The notes: generated by a model from the sequence alone, not told the origin. A stretch of DNA of 64,000 nucleotides from Thecamonas trahens ATCC 50062 (GCF_000142905.1 NW_013657617.1:141261-205260), one strand, 5' to 3'. Shown: positions 21,595 to 32,839, counted from the first letter of the stretch. A program made the numbers and translations.

Positions 21595-21882
21595 TGAATC
21601 CAAATATTCAAGACGTGTGTTGCGGGCAGAGCGACACAAACCCACGCAGACGCGCCACTGACGTCGGCAAAGCCCCCTCCCCCAACACGTTCAGTTCCGC
21701 AACGCTACTGCAAGCGCCTACAGATGCACATTCATTGCGATCTTGTTCCTCAATGTGAAATGATGGTGCACATGATTTACTTGGCGCATCAGCCTCCGGC
21801 CCCACTATTGTTGCGCATCCGGAGACGTGCAGCATGGCACATGTAGCTCGCCACGGACGGAGCTCGCTACGGACGGAGCCCG

Positions 21883-22738
21883 CTACACAAGAAGAATCGC
21901 GAGTCCAAGGCTAGCAGCAAGAGTGGCAAAAGCGGTCGATGCAGCGGGGACGGCGACCATCGCGGGCGAGGTCGAGCTGCCTGTCGTGTTCGACGGCGGT
22001 GACGGATTGTTGGCCGCCGAGAACGGCGAGTATGCCATGTACGATGTCGTGCTGCCGTCGTCAGTCACTGTCTGGCAGCCACCAACGATGAAGATTTCCT
22101 CCTTGATGGCGTTGCCGGTGCAGTTGATGGTGTTGAACGTCTGTTCCATGACGACGGTCTCGTTGGCCGAGAATAGCACCGACTTGGTCGGCGATGTGCG
22201 CACACACGAGTTGTTCCTGTAGGTCACGTACAGCGAGATGCCGTTGGGCTCGATGTTGCCCACAGCGGTGCAGTTGTCGGTTTTGTACTCGTAGCGGTGC
22301 ACGGCATGTGTCGGCGGCGTTGGCATTGCGGACGGGCAGCTCTCAATCTCTGAGACGTGGCCATTTTCGTTCTCGCACGGCGACTCGGAACACGACTTGC
22401 CGTCAACACCGCTTGTCAAACAGAGAGGAGATCCTGTCCACAGTTACTGCCAATGAACGTGGTTGTCTGGAACACAGCTGCATTCGTCATGACCGCAAGG
22501 GCGGCGACGACAGCTCTGTAACTCGCGCATCGTGTGAGTTGTAAAATATCTGTGGCATCCCCGCACCGGGGCGTGTTCCTGCTCCCAGTCGGCTGCACAG
22601 TCCTGCAGTGAACGAGAGCGGCCCAAGAACGAACTCGGTGGCTACGTTATGCTACTGTAAGGCATGTGTTAGCCTTTGGCTGTGGGGCATGCAAACGACA
22701 GCGTACAGCGTGGCGAGGACAGTCGATGTGCTCGGCAT
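21883..22738 (-). CDS. Secreted Cys-rich, probably GPI-anchored surface protein (paralogue 2; 1-nt frameshift near 22420, so either a pseudogene or a sequence error)
   Basis: Same exon-1 length and intron position (22706-22516) as paralogue 1. Shared motifs CPSA.PTP..H.V.RYEY.T..CT, NN.CV and IFIVGGC...SYMAYSP. GTTTGA needs one more T to stay in frame. Confidence 0.7.
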
Positions 22739-23106
22739 TGAATACAATATTCAAGTTGCGTGGTACCCGCTCGCCACCCAAACCCACGCCGAGGCGCAAC
22801 TGACGTCGGCAAAGCCTTGCGGGACTTACGTCACGGCCAACACCCACCACCCACCACGTGCCACACAACCGACACCAATCTTGCTAGTGCTCAGGACCAG
22901 TCATATGGTGTCGATGAAACCCGGCCACACCCGCGACTCTATGCATCAAGCATGTTGGTAACAGCAGCCTCGTTCATCATGCTTGCACCCTTTCCGCCCG
23001 CCGCCCGCCGCCACGACCGGCCGGTTCCTCCCCAGTTTGCGCTCGCACCACGCCCACTGCCGCTCCTCGCCCAACGTGCAACCACCTCACGTCACGTGCC
23101 CGTCCC

Positions 23107-24333
23107 ATGCCGACGTCCCGTGGCTCGTCGCGTGCGTCGTCACGTCCAGGCACGGCACGGAGCATGTCTTCCCGTCGGTCGCCCGGAGGAGCAGCAGGCG
23201 GTGTGGGACATGGCCTCACCCTTCAACGAGCAGTCTCGTTTCCCTCGACACCGACGCCGGCCGAAATGGCCATGATGAACCCAGCACTCAGTGGCGTGCC
23301 ATCCAACGCGGTACCTCGACTTGGCTCGCTCTCTCATAATGCCCTTCGCTCGGTCATGATCGAGTCTGGCATCACTGGCGTCGAATCGACCCCGCCTGAC
23401 GCGAGCCATGCTCGACGGGCTGGTCATTCGCCTGCTCGTTCTGGTCAGCAGCCGGCCGCCACTCCGCCGCTGCTCTCGAGGCAGGGATCAACTCTGGACG
23501 CACCGACTCGTGCCAACGTTCCGCCTGCCCTGCCGAGCTCTGTCACCTCGCCCATCGGTCATCATCATCCCTCGTCAGCGTTGCGCCATTGGCATCGGGA
23601 GACACCGCACTCGCCGCTCCTGGCCGCCCTCTCGCTCCCACTGCAGGCTGCCAAGCGCTTTGCACAGGTCCTCGGCGCGGTGGCGGTGGCCCATGCGCTC
23701 AAGCTTTGGCTGGTGTATCGGAGGACTGCCGCAGGCGAGCAGGGCCCAGGCGACTCTCGCGCGCCTCACTCTCTGCCCCAGCCACCGACCGTCCGCCTCA
23801 CGGCTGCCACGCCTCCGATGTCCTCTGAGGACGAGGTCACAGTCGTTTCGTTCGCGCTGCCACGGCACGAGCGTGTGCCGCGCGTCCCGCTGCCGCCGTC
23901 GCTCCCGGCGCCGGCCCCGGTCACCGTCCTCGACCGCTCGGTCGATCGTGTCCGCTCGTTCTGCCTTGTGCTCGGCGCCATCGCCACCTGGCTCGCGCTG
24001 CGCACCATCCCGGTGTGGCTTCTTTTCATACTCTCGCTTGCTGGCGTCTACTACTCGGAGGCCATTGTCCGGGCGTGCGCGCGGCTCCAGCACCCGCTTC
24101 CCGCACCAGCACCAGCTGCTGCACCCGATGCCGGCTCGGCGTCTGCAGGCCGCCGGCGCAAGATCCGCAAGGTCCGCAAGCGACGGGCGAGGCACTCGCC
24201 ATCATCACACAGACATCTCAAGCCGTCGCGCCTTGCACCGCAACGACTGCCATCGCTGCCGTCGGCGTCGGCGTCGGTCTCAAGCCCCGACTCGGACTCG
24301 GGCGCGGGCTCGTTTGCCTCGTGGTCCGACTGA
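23107..24333 (+). CDS. Hypothetical low-complexity protein with hydrophobic segments
   Basis: 408-aa ORF with 2-3 TM-like stretches and a basic RRRKIRKVRKRR patch. No recognised family. Confidence 0.5.
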   Translation: MPTSRGSSRASSRPGTARSMSSRRSPGGAAGGVGHGLTLQRAVSFPSTPTPAEMAMMNPALSGVPSNAVPRLGSLSHNALRSVMIESGITGVESTPPDASHARRAGHSPARSGQQPAATPPLLSRQGSTLDAPTRANVPPALPSSVTSPIGHHHPSSALRHWHRETPHSPLLAALSLPLQAAKRFAQVLGAVAVAHALKLWLVYRRTAAGEQGPGDSRAPHSLPQPPTVRLTAATPPMSSEDEVTVVSFALPRHERVPRVPLPPSLPAPAPVTVLDRSVDRVRSFCLVLGAIATWLALRTIPVWLLFILSLAGVYYSEAIVRACARLQHPLPAPAPAAAPDAGSASAGRRRKIRKVRKRRARHSPSSHRHLKPSRLAPQRLPSLPSASASVSSPDSDSGAGSFASWSD

Positions 24334-24340
24334 CTGCAGT

Positions 24341-24845
24341 TTATGCCTCCTCGGCAAGCCCGGTCCCAAACCGCCTCCGGTAGTGCTCGGCGCGGGCGAT
24401 CCTTGCTGCGCGGGCTTCGGTCACTGCGCGGCAGAGGTCCAGGTACGCCAGCTTGTGGGCAGGACGGGTCCACGAGTGTGGGTGGCACGGCCACGGACGG
24501 CCGGCCTGATCGTCACTGTCCGCATCATCGTCGCTCTCGTCGACAAGGTCGCTCGAGAAGAGCGGCGACGACGAAGACGGCGGCGGTGGAGCCCGGTGTG
24601 CAGCTCGCTTGAGACGAGTCGACCGCCGGAGGCGAGGAGCCAGCCCACCCGTTGTCCGATGCTCGAGTAGAATTGCTACCGGACTCGGCTCGGAGCTGAG
24701 GAATGTGCGGCTTTTTCCTGAACCTGGTTGATCACCGCCGTGATCACCGCCGCCCCGCCTCGGCGACGGCGAGCTTGGCGGCGTGCAGCTAGCGCTCGAA
24801 CTCGACGAGCTTGAAGAGCTCGATGTGAACGAAAGGTTGATCATG
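24341..24845 (-). CDS. Hypothetical protein
   Basis: ORF converges on the previous gene with a 7-nt gap, as other real genes here do. It is Ser-rich with a helical C-terminus. Start uncertain. Confidence 0.35.
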
Positions 24846-25201
24846 TGCGGAACGTGGTATGGTCGCTTGGCGGGCACTGGCACAGGAAGCGGCGCCCGCG
24901 TCCGCAGTCGCCCAATCCGTCTCGCCCGTCGCATGTCACTGGCGATCGATCGCGCACCCGCCACCCCCCCCCCCCCCACCGTGTCCACCCACCCACCCAT
25001 ACATAGATACACACATACACCGATCGCGCGCCATGAGTAGCAGGTGCAAGCAAGAGCGAATGAGGGAGGGGGCTGGGGTGGGAGAAGATCACATCGTACC
25101 TTTGGAAGGGGTCAAGTGGGTGGGCGGATGGGTGGGCGGGTGGCTCGCTCGGCCGGCGGGCGAACGGCGAGTCTGCCGGTCACTCGACTCATCTCACCAC
25201 C

Positions 25202-27289
25202 ATGCTCCGCCGACGACATTGGCCATGGCGGCAGGCGGTGGCGACAGCCACAGCAGCAGGAGCACGGCGTATGGGCAAGATGATGGTGGACGGGAGACGT
25301 GGCGTGTGTGACGCACTTGTAGCAGAGACCGTTCCAAGCTCTGCCGATGTTGTGGTTGTGGGTGGCGGGCACGCAGGGCTGGAGGCGGCGGCGGCGGCGG
25401 CACGGGTTGGCGCGTCGGCAGTCATTGTCAGTCGGTCCCGGGCGGATCTCGGCGTCATGTCGTGCAATCCTTCCATTGGCGGCATTGGCAAAGGTGCGCT
25501 TGTTCGGGAAATCGATGCGCTGGACGGCATCATGGGTCTGGCGGCTGATCACGGCGGTGTTCAGTTCAAGGTACTCAACGCGTCAAAGGGCCCGGCTGTC
25601 CATGGGCCACGGGCGCAAATGGATCGTGATCGGTACAAGGAAGGTGTATGGAGAGTGCTGGCAGAGGATGATCGGTATGCAGAGCGGCTGCGAATTGTTG
25701 AAGCGTCGGCAGAGGACATTGTGCTGTCCGCTGATGGCAAGCGGGTCGAGGGTCTGGTCCTCGGCGACGGCTCGGTCATTGCTGCACCGACGGTTGTCCT
25801 CGCCACAGGCACCTTTCTTCGCGGTGTTGTTCACATTGGCGGCGAGTCGCGACCGGCAGGTCGGGCCCAGGAGGCACCGGCGATTGGGCTGGCACATACG
25901 CTGGAAGAGAAGCTTGCGCTGCCGCTTGCGCGGCTCAAGACCGGGACGCCACCGCGGCTGGCGGCCAACTCGATCGTGACTGACGGCCTAGCGGTGCAGG
26001 TGGGCGATGAGCCGCCAGTCCCATTCTCGTTTCTCTCGTCGGGCTGTAGCCTCGTCTCTGGCGACGAGGCCATCAAGTGTTATATGACCCACACCAACGC
26101 GGCGACGCATGCGGTGGTAGCGGGCGCCATGGAGCTGTCTCCGGTGTACCTCTCTGGCGAGGGCGCCGGCGTCGGCCCGCGGTACTGTCCTTCGCTCGAG
26201 GCCAAGGTCGACCGGTTCCCAGACAAGGCTGCGCACCAGGTGTGGCTCGAGCCTGAGGGCATTGACTCGGACGTGGTGTACCCCAACGGGATTTCAAACG
26301 CACTGCCGCTCGAGGTCCAGGAGAAGCTGGTGCGTACCATTGCGGGGCTGGAGCGTGCTGACATTCTTGTCCCAGGCTACGGGGTCGAGTACGACTACGT
26401 GAACCCGGCCAAGGCGCTGACGCCGTGGCTGGAGACGCGGCTCGTGGCGGGCCTCTTCCTTGCCGGCCAGATCAACGGGACGACCGGTTATGAGGAGGCT
26501 GCGGCGCAGGGCGTCATTGCCGGGCTCAACGCCGGGCGACGGGCGCTGAGCAGAGCTGGTCCCCCGTTTGAGCCATACGTGCTCTCGCGGGCCGACGCCT
26601 ACGTCGGCGTCCTCATCGACGACCTCATCACCAAGGGCGTGACCGAGCCGTACCGGATGCTGACATCGCGGGCCGAGTTCCGGCTCGCGCTGCGGCCGGA
26701 CACCGCCGACGCGCGGCTCTCGCGCGACGGGCCAGGGGTGAGCAGTGTGCGAGCGGCGCGTGCTGCCCGTGTCGAGGAAACTGCGACCGAGCTGTGGGCG
26801 CTCCTCGACGAGAGCGTAGCACTGACGCCGTACGAATGGTCAACGAGGCTGGGCATGGCGGTGGCACAAGACGGGGTGCGGCGGTCACTGGCAGCGATGC
26901 TCGACCGGCCGGGCGCAGACGTACAGGCGCTGGTGGCGGCGGTCAATGCCGCGTTGCCCGGCATGGTGCCCGAGCGAGTGATTGAGCTTCTCGACCACGA
27001 CGCTTCGGCATTGAGCGGCGCGGCTGCCACACGGGTCGGCATCCGCGGTCGGTACCAGCACTACCTTGCGCGCGAGGCTGCGCGGGTGGAGTCAATGACC
27101 GCCGCCACTGGCCTGCGGATTCCCGAGTGGCTCGAGTACGAGACGCTGACTGAGCTCTCGCTGGAGGAGCGCGAGAAGCTCAGTATGGTCCGGCCGGCGA
27201 CGCTCGCTGAGGCTGCGGCGATCGAGGGCGTGACGCCGAACGGGGTACACCTTCTGATGCGGGCTGTCTCGCGTCGCACAACTTCGTGA
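25202..27289 (+). CDS. MTO1: tRNA U34 modification FAD enzyme MTO1/GidA (MnmG), mitochondrial
   Basis: [71 protein letters not shown] and [14 protein letters not shown]. Confidence 0.97.
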   Translation: MLRRRHWPWRQAVATATAAGARRMGKMMVDGRRGVCDALVAETVPSSADVVVVGGGHAGLEAAAAAARVGASAVIVSRSRADLGVMSCNPSIGGIGKGALVREIDALDGIMGLAADHGGVQFKVLNASKGPAVHGPRAQMDRDRYKEGVWRVLAEDDRYAERLRIVEASAEDIVLSADGKRVEGLVLGDGSVIAAPTVVLATGTFLRGVVHIGGESRPAGRAQEAPAIGLAHTLEEKLALPLARLKTGTPPRLAANSIVTDGLAVQVGDEPPVPFSFLSSGCSLVSGDEAIKCYMTHTNAATHAVVAGAMELSPVYLSGEGAGVGPRYCPSLEAKVDRFPDKAAHQVWLEPEGIDSDVVYPNGISNALPLEVQEKLVRTIAGLERADILVPGYGVEYDYVNPAKALTPWLETRLVAGLFLAGQINGTTGYEEAAAQGVIAGLNAGRRALSRAGPPFEPYVLSRADAYVGVLIDDLITKGVTEPYRMLTSRAEFRLALRPDTADARLSRDGPGVSSVRAARAARVEETATELWALLDESVALTPYEWSTRLGMAVAQDGVRRSLAAMLDRPGADVQALVAAVNAALPGMVPERVIELLDHDASALSGAAATRVGIRGRYQHYLAREAARVESMTAATGLRIPEWLEYETLTELSLEEREKLSMVRPATLAEAAAIEGVTPNGVHLLMRAVSRRTTS

Positions 27290-27299
27290 TACAGCCGCG

Positions 27300-28649
27300 T
27301 CACTGTAGGCTGCCGACCGGAAGCGATGACGGCGGCGCACCAACGGGATCAAACGGGAGGTGGACAAACGGCAGCTCCGCTGACCCGGCAAAGGGCGGAA
27401 TGAGGTACGGCGCGAGGACTGGTGGGACAGAGATGCCTGTGGGAGTCTGCCATGCTTCGAGAAGCGCGCAGAGAGTTCGATGGGTGGCGACAAGGGTGGC
27501 ATTAATCATGTGTACGTGGTTACGTGACGGCACGGTCCGAACGTCAAGAGCGCGCGCCTGGTAGTCGGTGCACGACGAGGCCGAGACGAGCTCGCCCCAT
27601 CGGTCGGGCGCGAATTCGGGCGCGGCTGCAAACTCGGCTTCGATGTCAAACTTGAGCGCGGCCGCATGCGAAAGGTCTGCCGCTGGCATAGCGACGAGCC
27701 GCGTCGAGAGCTCGAGCGAAGCGTAAAATTCGAGGGCGATGTCGACCATCGAGTCCAGCTCGGCACGCGCGTCGCTTTGCGAGGCGGCGATGACAAACTG
27801 CTCTACCTTGTCAAAAACGTGGACTCGGTACAGGCCCGACGCGCTCCGCTCGCTGGCCTCAGCACGGAAGCACTGCGAGAAGCCTGCGTAGCGGAGCGGG
27901 AGCAGATCGGCGTCGAGGAGCTCGCCGGCATGGAGAGCGGCTAGAGGTTGCTCCGCCGACGGGATGAGCGACTGGCGATTGCTGAGCGTGAACAAGGCAG
28001 CCTCGGCAGCTGGCCCGAGCTGACCGGCGCGAGTCAGCATGTCATCGGCCATCATGAGCGGCGGAGCGAGTGCAGCAAAGCCGCGCTCGGCGAGAAAGGC
28101 AAGGCCGTACGACGCCAAAGCGCGATTGAGCGCCAGGCCCGGCCCGCACAAGAAATAGCCGCGCGAGCCGGCGACTTTGGCGCCGCGGGCAAAGTCGGCA
28201 CCACCGATCATGTGAAGGAGGACGTGGTGGCGATGGAGATCAGTCGGCGCGAGGTAGCCCGAGTCGCGGGAGGCGACAAGCGAGCGAACCACTGTCAGCT
28301 CTGCCGGCACCTCTGTGTCGACCAGATTGGGGATGGCGGCGAGTGCTGCAGCTCGGGCGGCCAGATGCTCGGCCAAGCTCGCGTCTAGAGCGGCAAGCTC
28401 GTCTTTGAGCGCCTGTCTCTCTGCGACCAGCTCAGAAGCAGCCTCGCGGCGATTGCTCTTGTACGCCGCCGCGATGTCGGCCTGGAGCGCCTTGGCCGAC
28501 ACCCGTAGCTCTTGAGCGCGTGCTTTCTCTCCACGGACGGCAGCATCGGCAGCTAGAGCGTCATCGAGCAGGTGTGACGGGTAGCCGCGGGCAGCCAGCG
28601 AGTGTTCCACGGATTGTGGAGAGTGGCGGAGAGTGGCGAGGTCGAGCAT
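27300..28649 (-). CDS. Seryl-tRNA synthetase, divergent eukaryotic cytosolic type
   Basis: N-terminal coiled-coil arm, GAKVAGSRGYFL, SAEQPL, motif 2 CFRAE..GLYRVHVFDKVEQF, ELVSASSCTDYQAR and motif 3 HMINATLVATHR. Confidence 0.9.
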   Translation of the reverse strand: MLDLATLRHSPQSVEHSLAARGYPSHLLDDALAADAAVRGEKARAQELRVSAKALQADIAAAYKSNRREAASELVAERQALKDELAALDASLAEHLAARAAALAAIPNLVDTEVPAELTVVRSLVASRDSGYLAPTDLHRHHVLLHMIGGADFARGAKVAGSRGYFLCGPGLALNRALASYGLAFLAERGFAALAPPLMMADDMLTRAGQLGPAAEAALFTLSNRQSLIPSAEQPLAALHAGELLDADLLPLRYAGFSQCFRAEASERSASGLYRVHVFDKVEQFVIAASQSDARAELDSMVDIALEFYASLELSTRLVAMPAADLSHAAALKFDIEAEFAAAPEFAPDRWGELVSASSCTDYQARALDVRTVPSRNHVHMINATLVATHRTLCALLEAWQTPTGISVPPVLAPYLIPPFAGSAELPFVHLPFDPVGAPPSSLPVGSLQ

Positions 28650-28786
28650 GATTGGCTGGTGGCGGACGATGCGGTCGCCGTGTTTGTCTTGCGGGGAGGA
28701 GCGAGGGAGCGGGAGAAGCGACGAGAAGGGTAGAGACAGCTCGCGCCGGGAGGGAGGACGAGTGTTCTTGGATAGAGGAAGGGTAT

Positions 28787-29266
28787 ATGGGTACGGGAGT
28801 CAAGCTCAAGAGATATGAGAAGACCCTTGTGGTGCTCTTTGAAGGCCTCGTGGGGCAAGTGGTCGAGGTGGAGACGGTGTTGGGGACGGTACTCCGAGGA
28901 AGGGTCTCTGCTGTGGAATCGACCATGGGCATGCACTTTGTCGAAGCTTGGCAATGGCAAGAAGCTCTGGCGGGTGCTACCTGTACCTCGGATGGCTCAC
29001 CCTCGCCCGGCCCGCCGCCATCGGCCCTGCATCTTGGCGCAACCTATCTCTCCGGCAAGTTCATCCGCTACCTCATGCTCCCGGAGGAGATGGACGTCCC
29101 CGCCGTACTAGAGGACAGGATGCGGAAGCGTGAGGCCTCTCTGCTCTCATCCAAGCGGATGATCTGGGTACCTGCCTACATCCCCCTCCTCTCGAACCTG
29201 CATCGCACATCGAGGCTACATCGCACAGCTCGCGGCCATCAACTAGTGATGCGGGCCCGAGCTTGA
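28787..29266 (+). CDS. Sm/Lsm-fold protein, LSM10-like
   Basis: EKTLVVLFEGLVGQVVEVE...LRGRVSAVESTM (Sm1) and YLSGKFIRYLMLPEEMDV (Sm2). The pattern resembles LSM10/SmD1. Confidence 0.7.
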   Translation: MGTGVKLKRYEKTLVVLFEGLVGQVVEVETVLGTVLRGRVSAVESTMGMHFVEAWQWQEALAGATCTSDGSPSPGPPPSALHLGATYLSGKFIRYLMLPEEMDVPAVLEDRMRKREASLLSSKRMIWVPAYIPLLSNLHRTSRLHRTARGHQLVMRARA

Positions 29267-29512
29267 TAGCTGAGAGCCATGACCAATGAAGGTATGAACG
29301 TATCGCAGCCTGCGCTGCTGCCGATGGAGGTTGGGTGGACATCGGTCGCCTACGGAGGTGGACATTGGCATCGACAGCCTGCCTCCTCACACGCGATCCG
29401 GGGTGCGGTAGGCAGCAGCAAGTGAGAGCTGGGGCAGGCGGGGTGAGCGGGCCGGCGGCACGAGTCGGGGACGTGGGAGAGGGAACACTCGACGTGAGAG
29501 CGGCAAAGCAAG

Positions 29513-30460
29513 ATGGTGCCGTCGTTTGGCCAGCTGAGCAGGAGCTGGAGTGGGCGAGTGGGCATTGTGGTTGGTGCTGGTGTCTTGGGATTGGGCGTGG
29601 GTGCGTTTGCGGCGGCAGCGGTGGGCTTGGTGAAGGCGGTCGTGTCGCGGCCAGTGCTGGTGAGCAAGGCTATGGAGATGGGCGCCAAGCGAGTGGTGGT
29701 TGTGCCAGCATCGACAAAGGGGGACGATGGCCAAGTGCGGGAGGTGGAGGAGGGAGGCAGCGATGGCGATGTCAAGATCCTTGGCGTGCTCTTTGATATG
29801 GACGGTACGCTGGTGGAGACGTTTGGCATCTGGGCGACGCTGCTGGATGCGTGCGCGAAGGAGATGGGCTACAAGGACGGCGTCGACCGCGAGGCCTACC
29901 GCGGCGTGTTTGGCCAGCCGATGGAGAAGAACGTCGAGGTGTTTATGCCGGGGGCCGATGTCTCCGCCGTGACCGCCTACTGCAATGCGCACTACGGCGA
30001 GTACCTCGACCAGCTTCAGGTGCTGGATGGGGCGTTGGAGGCGGTCGACGCCGCAGTGGCGCTGTTTGGCTCGCGGGTCGGGCTCGTCACCAACTGCCCG
30101 GCAGCTATTACCCAGCTCATCCTGCAGGCAGCCAAGCTCGAGTCGACGTTCAGTGTGGTGGCGTGCTCGGGCGCCGAGGCTGTGCCGGCGACTCAAATGC
30201 TGAGCCCGCGCGCGAGTGGAGCGCGCAAGCTCCGTGGTAAGCCGCACACCGACATGCTCGACTATGCCGCGGCGCAGCTCGGGCTGGACACTTCCGAGTG
30301 TCTGATGGTCGGCGATACGCGGTACGACATGCTCGCCGGCGAGGCCGCAGGGTGCGTGACGGTCGCAGTCGAGCCGTCGCCACTGGCGCACGTCCAGCTC
30401 GCAGGCATCGAAGAGTTTGGCGCCTGGCTCCGGCATCGGCCGCGCACCGCTGGCGAGTAG
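29513..30460 (+). CDS. HAD-superfamily phosphatase (phosphoglycolate-phosphatase-like)
   Basis: Motif I FDMDGTLV, motif II VTN, motif III KPH and motif IV MVGDTRYDMLAG. Confidence 0.9.
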   Translation: MVPSFGQLSRSWSGRVGIVVGAGVLGLGVGAFAAAAVGLVKAVVSRPVLVSKAMEMGAKRVVVVPASTKGDDGQVREVEEGGSDGDVKILGVLFDMDGTLVETFGIWATLLDACAKEMGYKDGVDREAYRGVFGQPMEKNVEVFMPGADVSAVTAYCNAHYGEYLDQLQVLDGALEAVDAAVALFGSRVGLVTNCPAAITQLILQAAKLESTFSVVACSGAEAVPATQMLSPRASGARKLRGKPHTDMLDYAAAQLGLDTSECLMVGDTRYDMLAGEAAGCVTVAVEPSPLAHVQLAGIEEFGAWLRHRPRTAGE

Positions 30461-30463
30461 AGG

Positions 30464-31714
30464 TTAGTCAAAGTGGACAAACTTGCGGCAAGAGAGCGGA
30501 AAGATGGTGAGGACGGTGACGCCAAAGAGGCCGACGACTTCGGCCACCAGGAGGCCGACGAGCGGCGACCAGAGCTGCGGAGTGGTAAGGGTAAAGTGGG
30601 GACGGGCCGAGGCGTAGACTAGGGCGCCGAGGACATAGACCAGGATGCAGGTGAGGAGGGCCCAGCCGCCGGTCCGGGCCACGCGGCGGATGACGGCAAT
30701 CGAGTACGTGTGCGGGACGTGGTCGCCATTGTGGGCCGGCCAGACCAGGAGCGGATAGATGACAGCAGGCGCCATCAGAAGCGCCATGCCCAGGAGGGTG
30801 TAGAACTGCGGCGAGGAGAACCAGAGTGCAAAGCCGGCCTCTTCGCCGGCCCAGAACTGCTCCGATGAGCCGGCAAAGAGAATGCGGGTGTGCGAGAGGC
30901 CGACAAGAGCAAAGGTGACGACGTAGGCCAGGATCCACTCATCGTGGATGGCGATGAGCTGGAACCAGTTCCTCGAGTCGCGCATGCGGAACCAGACTCT
31001 TGCAAAGCCTGCAAGCGATGAGAGGACCATGCCGACCAGCAACAGCGCCAGCCAGAGCGGAGAGAGGGGGCCTGTTCCCGAAGTGAGGAAGAAGAGCGAC
31101 CAATCAGGAAAAGCAGCGGACAAGTACGCCATGCACGGCAGCATCAACATCGACTGAAACAGCAGCGTATACGTCGCGTACTCTGTTTTCCTCCTAGAGT
31201 GAGTCCAGTTCGGCATGAGGGCGGAAGGGGAGGGGGGGAGGGAGGGGGGGGTACTTGTCCGGTACCGAGTTGGAACGCCANNNNNNNNNNNNNNNNNNNN
31301 NNNNNNNNNNNNNNNNNNNNNNNNNNNNNNNNNNNNNNNNNNNNNNNNNNNNNNNNNNNNNNNNNNNNNNNNNNNNNNNNNNNNNNNNNNNNNNNNNNNN
31401 NNNNNNNNNNNNNNNNNNNNNNNNNNNNNNNNNNNNNNNNNNNNNNNNNNNNNNNNNNNNNNNNNNNNNNNNNNNNNNNNNNNNNNNNNNNNNNNNNNNN
31501 NNNNNNNNNNNNNNNNNNNNNNNNNNNNNNNNNNNNNNNNNNNNNNNNNNNNNNNNNNNNNNNNNNNNNNNNNNNNNNNNNNNNNNNNNNNNNNNNNNNN
31601 NNACTTGTCCGTACCATTGACAAGGAATGATTCGGTTGAGCGGAGGGCAAAGGCTGCCGAGCATGCAAACGAGGCGCCGAGGGCAAAGGAGCCCGGGAGG
31701 GCGGAGAGTAGCAT
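30464..31714 (-). CDS. Multi-pass membrane protein of unknown function (intron spans the assembly gap)
   Basis: Exon 1 MLLSALPGSFALGASFACSAAFALRSTESFLVN ends at a GTACGG donor. An acceptor ...ACTCAC...ACAG resumes EYATYTLLFQ... About seven hydrophobic helices. Confidence 0.7.
   Translation of the reverse strand: MLLSALPGSFALGASFACSAAFALRSTESFLVNGTDKXXXXXXXXXXXXXXXXXXXXXXXXXXXXXXXXXXXXXXXXXXXXXXXXXXXXXXXXXXXXXXXXXXXXXXXXXXXXXXXXXXXXXXXXXXXXXXXXXXXXXXXXXXXXGVPTRYRTSTPPSLPPSPSALMPNWTHSRRKTEYATYTLLFQSMLMLPCMAYLSAAFPDWSLFFLTSGTGPLSPLWLALLLVGMVLSSLAGFARVWFRMRDSRNWFQLIAIHDEWILAYVVTFALVGLSHTRILFAGSSEQFWAGEEAGFALWFSSPQFYTLLGMALLMAPAVIYPLLVWPAHNGDHVPHTYSIAVIRRVARTGGWALLTCILVYVLGALVYASARPHFTLTTPQLWSPLVGLLVAEVVGLFGVTVLTIFPLSCRKFVHFD
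31281..31602. other. Assembly gap (322 N)
   Basis: Run of N. Confidence 1.
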
Positions 31715-32159
31715 TCCCCAGTTGGGGAGGGGGGGGGGGAGGGGGGGAGGGGGGGGAGGGGGGAGTGAGGTGGGGGTATGGGTATGGGTAGTGGTGTGGG
31801 AATGTGGGAGGGAGGGAGGGAGGGGGGGAGTGAGGGGTGAGGAAGGAGAGAGGAAGGTTTGGCCGGAATCGACTGATTGGGGGGGGGGGAGGAACACTGT
31901 TGTGAGTGGTGATGAGTGTACATCCGTGCTGGCTTGGAAGGAAAGAGGGGAAGGGGAAGGGGATGGGGATGGGTGGATGTGATCGTTCAGTATGGTGTTC
32001 ATCGACGGTCCATCGCATACTTGGACGAAGCCATGTGGGACGGCTTGGACAACAACAAAGTCGCCAGGTGATGGTAGCAGACGGAAGACGTCGAACACGA
32101 CCACCGCGACCCAGCTAGCGACACTCCTCTCTCCCTCTCTCTTTCAGTTCAACACAAAC

Positions 32160-32839
32160 ATGTCCGCAGGTGCTCTTGGTTGTACGTCATAGTGTTAGCT
32201 TGTGGGTGGGTGGGGAGGGAGGGAGGGTCGTGTGGTGTGGTGTGTAGGGTGGGGGGGGGGGCGGGGGGGGGGGGGGGCGGGGGGGCGGCGGTCTTTCTTC
32301 TGTCACATGTTCTGTCACATGCTCTGTGGTTGGCTGTGCTGTCTTTGGCTGGAGCCGGGGTACCAGCGGACAGCATTGAGCAGGATATGCTACATGCAGT
32401 TTGGTTGCTGTGGGTCTGGTGGTGTAGGTCTGGCGGGAGTCCGCGGCGCAGCGGGTGGCCAAGTGGGAAGGAAGCGGGCGGGTGACGTGGTGCTACGACC
32501 TTTTTCCTGAGAATGGCGAAAACTCACGTGTGATCGATCACGGGTGGCGGGGCTTGACTGGACGGGGTGGGGACAGCGATCAAGCCGGCTGATGCCGTGG
32601 CGCAGGAAGTTGCGACTGCCAACAAGGGCGACATCGAGGGCAAGACTGGCAAGACTTACGGCACGTTTGATGTGGTGTCGTACGGCACCCAGCTGGTGGC
32701 CGGCACCAACTACTTCCTCAAGATCAACACTGGCGACGAGCACATCCATGCCCGCGTCTACAAGGACCTTGGCGGCGACTACTCGGTCCATTCGGTCCAG
32801 GAGGGCAAGTCGGCCGACGATGAGCTGGCGTACTTTTAA
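32160..32839 (+). CDS. Type-1 cystatin (stefin)
   Basis: Exon 1 MSAGALG, intron 32182-32576, QLVAGTNYFLK (QxVxG), HARVY and the C-terminal DELAYF. No signal peptide. Confidence 0.93.

Noticed and set aside
31245-31614. Similar sequence on both sides of the N gap (GTAC(C)GGACAAGT on the minus strand), suggesting an insertion with a target-site duplication
   Set aside because: More simply explained as overlapping low-quality contig ends within an intron next to poly-G tracts.
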